A stretch of 64,000 nucleotides of DNA. It comes from an uncultured Verrucomicrobiota bacterium. GTDB lineage: Bacteria > Verrucomicrobiota > Kiritimatiellia > CAIVKH01. Every line of letters begins with the position of its first letter. Positions within the stretch are counted from its first letter, which is position 1. A program made the position numbers and the translations under genes. Location: contig CALMUP010000022.1 of NCBI GenBank assembly GCA_937872895.1, forward strand, positions 82,874-146,873. The letters run 5' to 3'. This document shows positions 10,957 to 18,064 of the stretch, one piece after another. The notes under the pieces were generated by a model, which made no database searches, was not told the origin of the DNA, and worked only from the letters and a program-made list of their open reading frames with translations.

Positions 10957-11616
10957 ATGCCGACCAGCACGGTGGAAGATTACATCAAACAGGTATATCT
11001 GATCCAGCAGGATGCACGTGGCGGAGTTGCCCCGATGGGGCGGATATCCGAAGCGCTGGGCATAACGCCCGGGACAACCACGACCATGATCAAGGCGTTG
11101 GCCGATGATCACTTGGTGGTGTATGAACCGCGGGTAGGAGTGCGTCTTACCGATACAGGCGAACAGCTCGCCTTGAAAGTCTTGCGACGTCACCGTATCG
11201 CGGAAGCATTTCTGGTGAAGGTTCTGGGCATGGATTGGTCTGAAGTGCATGAGGATGCGGAACGGCTGGAACATGCGATCTCGGACAAGGTGCTTGATCG
11301 AATGGATGCCTTGCTCAACCGGCCAACCCATGATCCGCATGGCGACCCGATTCCAGCGAATGACGGGGCCATGTCACCGGTGTCCACCACCTGTCTGGCC
11401 ACTGCGACCGAAGGTGCCAGAATCACCATCGCGCGCATCAACGACCAGTCCCCACGGTTCCTTTCCTATGCACGTTCGGTTGGATTGATCCCCGGTGCGG
11501 TGCTCCAGGTGATGGAGCGGTGCGACCCGGCCGAATCGATCACGGTACGGTTCGATGGAAGCCGAAAGACCCTCAGCCTGAGTGCGCGCGTGGCGGGCAA
11601 GATCGACGTACGATAA
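10957..11616 (+). CDS. DtxR/SloR/TroR-family metal-dependent transcriptional repressor (wHTH + dimerisation + SH3/FeoA-like domain)
   Basis: MPTSTVEDYIKQVYLI, RRHRIAEAFLVKVLGMDWSEVHEDAERLEHAIS and HDPHGDPIP. The C-terminal FeoA-like segment is ITIARINDQSPRFLSYARSVGLIPGAVLQV. Confidence 0.85.
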   Translation: MPTSTVEDYIKQVYLIQQDARGGVAPMGRISEALGITPGTTTTMIKALADDHLVVYEPRVGVRLTDTGEQLALKVLRRHRIAEAFLVKVLGMDWSEVHEDAERLEHAISDKVLDRMDALLNRPTHDPHGDPIPANDGAMSPVSTTCLATATEGARITIARINDQSPRFLSYARSVGLIPGAVLQVMERCDPAESITVRFDGSRKTLSLSARVAGKIDVR

Positions 11617-11633
11617 TTCCAATTGGCATGTGT

Positions 11634-11651
11634 AAGGTACTGTGATACCTT
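11634..11651. promoter_or_regulatory. Candidate metalloregulator operator: inverted repeat AAGGTA-N6-TACCTT, 34 nt upstream of the SBP start
   Basis: Perfect 6-bp arms were read directly (aaggtactgtgatacctt) in the 68-nt gap between the repressor gene and the transporter genes. Confidence 0.3.
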
Positions 11652-11684
11652 CTACTTTGAATACTCAAAGTGCGGGGCAATATC

Positions 11685-12629
11685 ATGAAGTGTATCCTAA
11701 TGCTGTGGTTGGGTTTGTTTGGCTTTACGGTAGCCCGGGGGGAGCCCGTGCTCGCTGTGGCCACGGTGGGCATGGTGGCGGACCTGGTACGCATGGTTGG
11801 CGGGGACGAGGTGGATGTGGTTACGATGATCGGGGAGGGTGTTGATCCGCATGTTTACAAACCGACCCGCAACGATGTAGTGCTCTTGCAGCGGGCGGAT
11901 GTTGTTTTTTACAACGGGTTGCTGCTTGAGGGTCGCATGGCGGACGTGTTGAACCGGGTGCGGGGGCGCGGCAAGCCGGTGGTTGCGGTGGCGGAGGTAA
12001 TTGGTGAAGCACGGTTGCTCGCGGGTGAGGAGGCAGGCCATCATGACCCGCATGTGTGGATGGATGTGCGTTTATGGGCGGAGGCCTTGCCGCCGGTGGC
12101 GGATGCCCTGTCCGCGCTACGTCCGGAACACGGCGAGCGCTTCAGGGAGCGGGCTGCGATTGCGGCCCTTCAACTGGAGGCATTTGATCGGTATGTGCGT
12201 GAAGTCGCGGAGTCGATACCGTTGACCAAACGGGTATTGATCACGGCGCACGATGCTTTTCATTACTTCGGCCGGGCTTATGGGCTTGAGGTCATGGGAA
12301 TTCAAGGGCTTTCCACCGAATCGGAAGCGGGACTGCACGACATCAACCGTCTGGTCGATGTGCTGGTGGCTCGAGGAGTCGGGGCGATTTTCGTTGAAAC
12401 GAGTGTGGCCGACAAGAATGTCCGTGCACTGGTCGAGGGCGCCCGCGCCCGGGGCCACGCGGTGGTCATTGGCGGTTCACTCTTTTCGGATGCGATGGGT
12501 GCGCCGGGAACGCCGGAGGGAACCTACCTCGGCATGATCGAGCACAACATTCACGTCATCGCCGGTGCCCTCGGGGGTTCCGTTCCTGAAGGTGGATTCG
12601 CGGCATGGTCGAGGGAGGAGTTGCCATGA
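11685..12629 (+). CDS. Metal (Mn/Fe/Zn, cluster A-I) ABC transporter substrate-binding protein
   Basis: Signal peptide MKCILMLWLGLFGFTVARG, motifs DPHVYKP and HHDPHVWMD. No His-rich ZnuA loop is present. Confidence 0.85.
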   Translation: MKCILMLWLGLFGFTVARGEPVLAVATVGMVADLVRMVGGDEVDVVTMIGEGVDPHVYKPTRNDVVLLQRADVVFYNGLLLEGRMADVLNRVRGRGKPVVAVAEVIGEARLLAGEEAGHHDPHVWMDVRLWAEALPPVADALSALRPEHGERFRERAAIAALQLEAFDRYVREVAESIPLTKRVLITAHDAFHYFGRAYGLEVMGIQGLSTESEAGLHDINRLVDVLVARGVGAIFVETSVADKNVRALVEGARARGHAVVIGGSLFSDAMGAPGTPEGTYLGMIEHNIHVIAGALGGSVPEGGFAAWSREELP

Positions 12630-13423
12630 CCGGTATGCCTGCCGTTTCCCGTCATGAGCACTCCCCGGCGCATCCGCTCGCCATCCATGACATGACCGTG
12701 GCGTACCACCGAAAGCCGGTCTTGTGGGATGTCGATTTTGATATCCCGGAGGGAAACCTGGTCGGGATCATCGGCCCGAATGGTGCCGGTAAAAGCACGC
12801 TGATCAAGGCGGTGCTTGATCTCATGCCGAAGGCCTCGGGCGAAGTCATGATCTATGGACGGCCTTACCGGGAGCAGTCGCAACGGGTCGCATATGTACC
12901 GCAACGCGAAAGCGTGGACTGGGACTTTCCGGTGAGTGCGCTTGATGTGGTCACGATGGGGCGGTATGGACGGATCGGCTGGTGCCGTCCGGTTTCGCGG
13001 TTGCACCGGGAGGCCGCGCGGTCAGCTCTCGATCAAGTGGGAATGGCCGATTATGCCGAGCGGCAGATCAGGCAGTTATCGGGCGGGCAGCAGCAACGGG
13101 TATTCCTTGCGCGCGCACTGGCCCAGGAGGCGGACCTGTACTTCATGGATGAACCGTTTGCGGGGGTGGATGCCGCGACGGAAAAGGTGATTGTTGCCTT
13201 GTTGCGTCGCTTGCGCGAAGACGGCAAGACCGTTCTGGTGGTGCACCATGACCTGCAGACCGTCGCGGATTACTTCGACTGGGTGATCATGTTGAACATG
13301 CGGGTTGTGGCTGTTGGTCCCACGGGCTCGGTATTCACCCGGGACAACCTGCACAAGACCTATGGCGGTCGGTTGACCTTGCTGGATGAGGCGGCCGAAG
13401 CGGTTGCCCGATCGCCGCAATGA
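12626..13423 (+). CDS. Metal ABC transporter ATP-binding protein
   Basis: Walker A GPNGAGKST, signature LSGGQQQR, Walker B LYFMDEP. ATGA start/stop overlap at 12626; ATG 12605 is an alternative start. Confidence 0.85.
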   Translation: MTGMPAVSRHEHSPAHPLAIHDMTVAYHRKPVLWDVDFDIPEGNLVGIIGPNGAGKSTLIKAVLDLMPKASGEVMIYGRPYREQSQRVAYVPQRESVDWDFPVSALDVVTMGRYGRIGWCRPVSRLHREAARSALDQVGMADYAERQIRQLSGGQQQRVFLARALAQEADLYFMDEPFAGVDAATEKVIVALLRRLREDGKTVLVVHHDLQTVADYFDWVIMLNMRVVAVGPTGSVFTRDNLHKTYGGRLTLLDEAAEAVARSPQ

Positions 13424-13424
13424 T

Positions 13425-14819
13425 ATGATGGTGGAGTTTCCATGGGATGATCTGCGCCGCTTGACCGGGTTGGCCGACTACAACACCCGGGTGGTGTTGC
13501 TTGGTTCCCTGTTGCTCGGTCTGGTTTCAGGGGCGGTGGGGTCGTTCATGGTCTTGCGCAAACGGGCGATGATCAGCGATGTGGTCAGTCACGCCGCGTT
13601 ACCGGGCATCGTGGCCGCGTTCATGGTGCTGACCGTACTGGGAGGTGATGGTAAATCCTGGCTCGCCTTGTTGACCGGTGCCCTGATCAGCGGGTTGCTG
13701 GGCATGGCCGCGGTTCACGCGATCACCACCCATGCGCGGGTGAAGCAGGATGCGGCCCTGGGGGTCGTACTCAGTGTCTTTTTCGGCGCCGGGGTGGTGT
13801 TGCTCGGGTTCACCCAGCGGATGAAGTCCGGGTCTTCAGCCGGGCTGGAGTCCTTCATCTACGGCAAAACTGCATCGATGCTGGCATCGGATGCCTGGTT
13901 GCTCGCGGGATCCGCCCTTGCGGCCACGGTGATCTGTCTGGCCTTCTTCAAGGAGTTCCGGCTGGTTTGTTTTGACGCTGAATTCGCCCGGGCGCAAGGG
14001 TGGCCGGTGCGGCGGGTGGATGCCTTGCTTACCGGGCTGGTCGTGGTGGTGACGGTGATCGGGCTTCAAGCGGTCGGTCTTATCCTGATGATTGCCTTGT
14101 TGATCACCCCGGCGGTCACCGCGCGGTTCTGGACGGATCGATTGGGGTCGATGGTGATCATCGCGTCGGGGCTGGGTGCGCTGGCGTGCGTGACGGGTGC
14201 GGCCCTGAGCGCCTTGTACCCGCGTGTGCCGGCCGGTTCGGTCATCGTGTTGTCCTGTTCGACGCTCTTCCTGATCGGGTTGTTGTTTGGCCGGCGTCGC
14301 GGCCTGGTTCCGGAAGCATGGCGGCGCATCCGCCTGGCCGCCCGCACGGAGCGGCACCATGTCCTGCGGGCGGTCTATGAGCAATGGGAGCAGCGAGGAG
14401 TACAGGGCTTCCATGCCCATGCGGGAACGGGCTCGGTCCTCGTTTCAGCGGGGGATCTGGCTGCGGTTCGGCGTTGGTCGGAAGCGAGGTTGCAGCGGGT
14501 GTTGCGGGAGGCGGCTGCAGATGGCGACGTGGAACTGGATGCCTGGCCCTTGGTGCGATTGACCAGTCGTGGCATGAGCCATGCCCGCCAGTTGGTGCGG
14601 AATCACCGGTTGTGGGAGTGGTATCTGATCCAGCATGCGGAGGTCGATCCCCATCATGTCGACCGGGACGCCGATGAGATCGAGCATGTATTGGGAGCGG
14701 CGATGGTGCGCGAGTTGGAAGCCACGTTGCCAGGAAGGCTATCCGGGGCGGAACTGCCCTCCAGCCCGCATCCCTTGACGGATACGGAAGAGGCGGGTTG
14801 GCGAAAGGGCCCGGCATGA
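13425..14819 (+). CDS. ABC-3 family metal transporter permease fused to a C-terminal DtxR/TroR-like wHTH + metal-binding/dimerisation module
   Basis: ~300 aa of TM helices typical of TroC/MntC-type permeases. Then …HHVLRAVYEQ…LTSRGMSHARQLVRNHRLWEWYLIQHAEVDPHHVDRDADEIEHVLG, which aligns to the repressor at 10957. Confidence 0.8.
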   Translation: MMVEFPWDDLRRLTGLADYNTRVVLLGSLLLGLVSGAVGSFMVLRKRAMISDVVSHAALPGIVAAFMVLTVLGGDGKSWLALLTGALISGLLGMAAVHAITTHARVKQDAALGVVLSVFFGAGVVLLGFTQRMKSGSSAGLESFIYGKTASMLASDAWLLAGSALAATVICLAFFKEFRLVCFDAEFARAQGWPVRRVDALLTGLVVVVTVIGLQAVGLILMIALLITPAVTARFWTDRLGSMVIIASGLGALACVTGAALSALYPRVPAGSVIVLSCSTLFLIGLLFGRRRGLVPEAWRRIRLAARTERHHVLRAVYEQWEQRGVQGFHAHAGTGSVLVSAGDLAAVRRWSEARLQRVLREAAADGDVELDAWPLVRLTSRGMSHARQLVRNHRLWEWYLIQHAEVDPHHVDRDADEIEHVLGAAMVRELEATLPGRLSGAELPSSPHPLTDTEEAGWRKGPA

Positions 14820-16123
14820 GCGACTGGTCCATGATCGATACCTGGATCGTGTTGACCGGCATGGTCATTGCCATGTCCTGCGCACTTGTGGGTAACTTCC
14901 TGGTCATCCGTCGCATGAGCCTCATGGGAGATGCCATCAGCCACGCCGTGCTGCCCGGCCTGGCCGTGGCGTTCCTGCTCTCGGGCGACCGCCATCCACT
15001 GCCCATGTTCGCGGGAGCCGTTGCCGCAGGATTGTTGACGGCCTTCCTGACCGAATGGATCCGGACGAACGGGCGTATGGAAGCGGATGCGGCGATGGGT
15101 GTCATTTTCACAACCCTGTTTGCCATTGGTCTGCTCTTGATCGTACGGGCGGCGGACTCGGTCGATCTTGATCCCGGCTGTGTGTTGTATGGAGCGATTG
15201 AGCTGTCACCGCTTGATACCGTGCCCGTCGGTCCTTGGGAGTGGCCGCGGGCTTTTGCGATCGGCTTGGTCGTATTGGCGATCAACGTGGTGGTCATCGG
15301 ATTGTTCTACAAGGAATTGGTCCTGTCGTCGTTTGATCCCGAAGCGGCGGCCGCGTTGGGGTTCAAGCCGCGTCGGATCTACTACCTGCTGATGGCCTTG
15401 GTTGCGGTGACCGCCGTGGCCTCCTTCGAGAGCGTGGGCAGTATCCTTGTCATAGCGATGTTGATCGTGCCGGGGGTGTGCGGGACCTTGCTGGCACGGC
15501 GGCTGCCAGGGGTGTTGGCTGCCAGTGCCGTGGTGGCCATGCTCAGCGCGATCGGTGGGCATGTCATGGCGATTGGTATCCCGCCGATTTTCGGATTCGT
15601 GGATACCTCGACGTCCGGTTCGATGGCGGTGGCAGCTGGCATCCTGTTTGTGGGCGTTTTCCTGGTTGCGCCGGAAAACGGGGTCCTGGCGCGCTGGGCC
15701 CATCAGCGATCGTTGCGAGACCGTATCCGGTGCGAGGATGTGCTTGGAGCCTTGTACCGGTGGCACGAGGAACATGGCGAAAAGGGGCCTGTGGTGCGGT
15801 GGCCTGAACTTGCCGCGCGCATCGGACTCGGGCCCACGCAGGCGCGGCGTATCCGGCGGTTGCTGCGGCGCAACGGACTGATCGGTTATGTGGCGGATGA
15901 TGCGGTTCATCTGACCGGGGAAGGGAAACGTCAAGCGGCCATCGTGATTCGGGATCATCGGTTGTGGGAGGTTTATCTGCACCATCAAGTCCAACTGCCG
16001 GCGGATCACGTCCATGCCACCTCCGAAGCCTTGGAGCATCTGACCAGCGATGGCATGCGGCGCCGGCTGGAACGCGATGCTACCGGTGCCAGTGTTGATC
16101 CGCACGGAAAAGTGATTCCCTGA
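14816..16123 (+). CDS. Second ABC-3 family permease, also fused to a C-terminal DtxR/TroR-like module
   Basis: ATGA overlap start. TM core, then …CEDVLGALYRWHEE…LTGEGKRQAAIVIRDHRLWEVYLHHQVQLPADHVHATSEALEHLTS. Confidence 0.8.
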   Translation: MSDWSMIDTWIVLTGMVIAMSCALVGNFLVIRRMSLMGDAISHAVLPGLAVAFLLSGDRHPLPMFAGAVAAGLLTAFLTEWIRTNGRMEADAAMGVIFTTLFAIGLLLIVRAADSVDLDPGCVLYGAIELSPLDTVPVGPWEWPRAFAIGLVVLAINVVVIGLFYKELVLSSFDPEAAAALGFKPRRIYYLLMALVAVTAVASFESVGSILVIAMLIVPGVCGTLLARRLPGVLAASAVVAMLSAIGGHVMAIGIPPIFGFVDTSTSGSMAVAAGILFVGVFLVAPENGVLARWAHQRSLRDRIRCEDVLGALYRWHEEHGEKGPVVRWPELAARIGLGPTQARRIRRLLRRNGLIGYVADDAVHLTGEGKRQAAIVIRDHRLWEVYLHHQVQLPADHVHATSEALEHLTSDGMRRRLERDATGASVDPHGKVIP

Positions 16124-16195
16124 CGCGGTGGCGTTTGTTATGTCTTGGCCAGCGGATACCGGTCGTGGTTGCGCCGGATCCGCACGGAGGCGAGC

Positions 16196-17179
16196 ATGTA
16201 CGAGGCTGAACTTCAAACGGCGTTGAGTGCGGTGCGCAAGGCCATTGCGTTGGCGGAGCATGTTGCGGCGGGGCTTACCGCGGACGGTGCGATGACCAAG
16301 GCGGATGCGTCACCGGTGACGGTGGCGGACTATGGGGTGCAGGCAATCATCCACCGTGCGTTGGCCGCGGCGTATCCCGGCGATCCGATAGTGGCGGAGG
16401 AGGATGCAGATGACCTGACGAATCCCGGCAATCGCGTGCTTGCAGCCATGTTGATGCGGGCGTTGGAGGAGGCGTCCTCCGGCTGGACTGCGGCTTCCGT
16501 GGTTGAGCACATCGGTCGCGGACGTCATGCCGGGGGTGCGGAGGGCCGGTTCTGGACGTTGGATCCTATTGACGGTACCAAGGGATTCCTGCGCGGGGAT
16601 CAGTATGCGATCGCACTGGCATTGATCGAGCAGGGGCGTCCGGTGCTCGGTGTTCTCGGATGTCCGCGTCTTCGCCTATCCGTGTTGGATGGAGGAGCGG
16701 CAACCGGCTGGATCTGCCACGCCACGGCATCGGGCGCCTTCGCACAACCGATCGCAGGAGGGGACGTACATGCCCTGCGGACGTCACCGGTTCATCGCAC
16801 CGATGATCTGGTGATGTGTGAGTCCGTTGAGTCGGGGCATTCCGCGCACGATGTATCCGCCCTCATCGCCGGAGCTCTGGGTCTTCATCGTGCGCCGGTC
16901 CGGATGGATAGCCAGGCCAAATACGCCGCAGTGGCCGCCGGAGAGGCGGACGTATACCTCCGCTTGCCGACCAAGTCTTCATACCGCGAAAAGATCTGGG
17001 ACCATGCCGCCGGCGCCGTATTGGTCGAGCAGGCGGGTGGAACCGTTCGCGATGTTCGCGGCGTGCCACTCGATTTCAGCCGTGGACGCACCTTGGCGGA
17101 TAACCGTGGGGTGATTGCCAGTGCGAGCGCGGTGCATGCGTCCATCGTCAACGTGGTCGCTCCCCATTTCCCAGGCTGA
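16196..17179 (+). CDS. 3'(2'),5'-bisphosphate nucleotidase, HAL2-type (inositol monophosphatase superfamily)
   Basis: WTLDPIDGTKGFLRGDQYAIALALIE and C-terminal WDHAAG motifs. Confidence 0.7.
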   Translation: MYEAELQTALSAVRKAIALAEHVAAGLTADGAMTKADASPVTVADYGVQAIIHRALAAAYPGDPIVAEEDADDLTNPGNRVLAAMLMRALEEASSGWTAASVVEHIGRGRHAGGAEGRFWTLDPIDGTKGFLRGDQYAIALALIEQGRPVLGVLGCPRLRLSVLDGGAATGWICHATASGAFAQPIAGGDVHALRTSPVHRTDDLVMCESVESGHSAHDVSALIAGALGLHRAPVRMDSQAKYAAVAAGEADVYLRLPTKSSYREKIWDHAAGAVLVEQAGGTVRDVRGVPLDFSRGRTLADNRGVIASASAVHASIVNVVAPHFPG

Positions 17180-17243
17180 CCTCCAGGGATTGGACGAACC
17201 GTAACACAACCCATCCAGGGATTGGACAATTGGAGATGAGACC

Positions 17244-17921
17244 ATGGATATCATGCTGACACCCGAGGAAACCCGGATTCTCGGAGCCCTGCTGGAGAAG
17301 GAAGTCACGACGCCGGATTATTATCCCATGACCCTGAATGCACTGGTCAACGCCTGTAACCAGAAGTCGTGCCGCGATCCGGTTACAGCCTACGACGAGT
17401 CCACCGTGTCCTTCCACCTCGATCTCCTGCGTGAGAGTAAACGGCTGGCCGCGCTGGTATCCGGTGCGGATAACCGGGTGCCGAAATTCCGGCAACGGCT
17501 GACCGAACAGTTTTTTTTCACCCCGGCAGAACGGGCGGTGCTATGCGAACTGATGTTGCGCGGTCCACAGACGGTCGGCGAGTTGCGCAACCGTGCCGAA
17601 CGTATCCATTCCTTCACAGGTTCCGATGAGGTCCTGGCGGCACTCAAGGAACTTGAATCGCGTCAGGACGGACCCTGGGTTGTGTTGTTGCCCCGCCAGC
17701 CGGGACACAAGGAAGCGCGTTACCAGCACCTGCTCGGTGGCGCACCGGCCGCCGGTCCGGCTGATTCCGTCCTGGACGAACGGACCTCTGGAGGTTCCAT
17801 GCATGACCGGGTGGGGCCGGCCGATCGATTGGCCCGGTTGGAGGCGGAAACCACCGCGTTGCGCACAGAGCTGGATGCTGTCAAGGAAGAGCTGCGCCAG
17901 TTCCGGGCACAATTCGGATAA
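17244..17921 (+). CDS. yceH: YceH-family protein (DUF480)
   Basis: LTPEETRILGALLEKEVTTPDYYPMTLNALVNACNQKS and …ELMLRGPQTVGELRNRAERI… closely parallel E. coli YceH as I recall it. Confidence 0.75.
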   Translation: MDIMLTPEETRILGALLEKEVTTPDYYPMTLNALVNACNQKSCRDPVTAYDESTVSFHLDLLRESKRLAALVSGADNRVPKFRQRLTEQFFFTPAERAVLCELMLRGPQTVGELRNRAERIHSFTGSDEVLAALKELESRQDGPWVVLLPRQPGHKEARYQHLLGGAPAAGPADSVLDERTSGGSMHDRVGPADRLARLEAETTALRTELDAVKEELRQFRAQFG

Positions 17922-18064
17922 CCGTGCGGTGACCTGCGCCTCATCGGGGAATTGCCTAGAACGGCAACAGGTCATCTCGTCAGGCAATATCCTTGCCCGG
18001 CGTGCTTTGCGTGGTGTATCACTCGTTCACCGGTGGCGATGAGCCGTCGGACACACGAAAGGGA

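Noticed and set aside
14242-16261. Minus-strand ORFs 14242..15297 and 15206..16261
   Set aside because: Antisense to the two metal permease genes.
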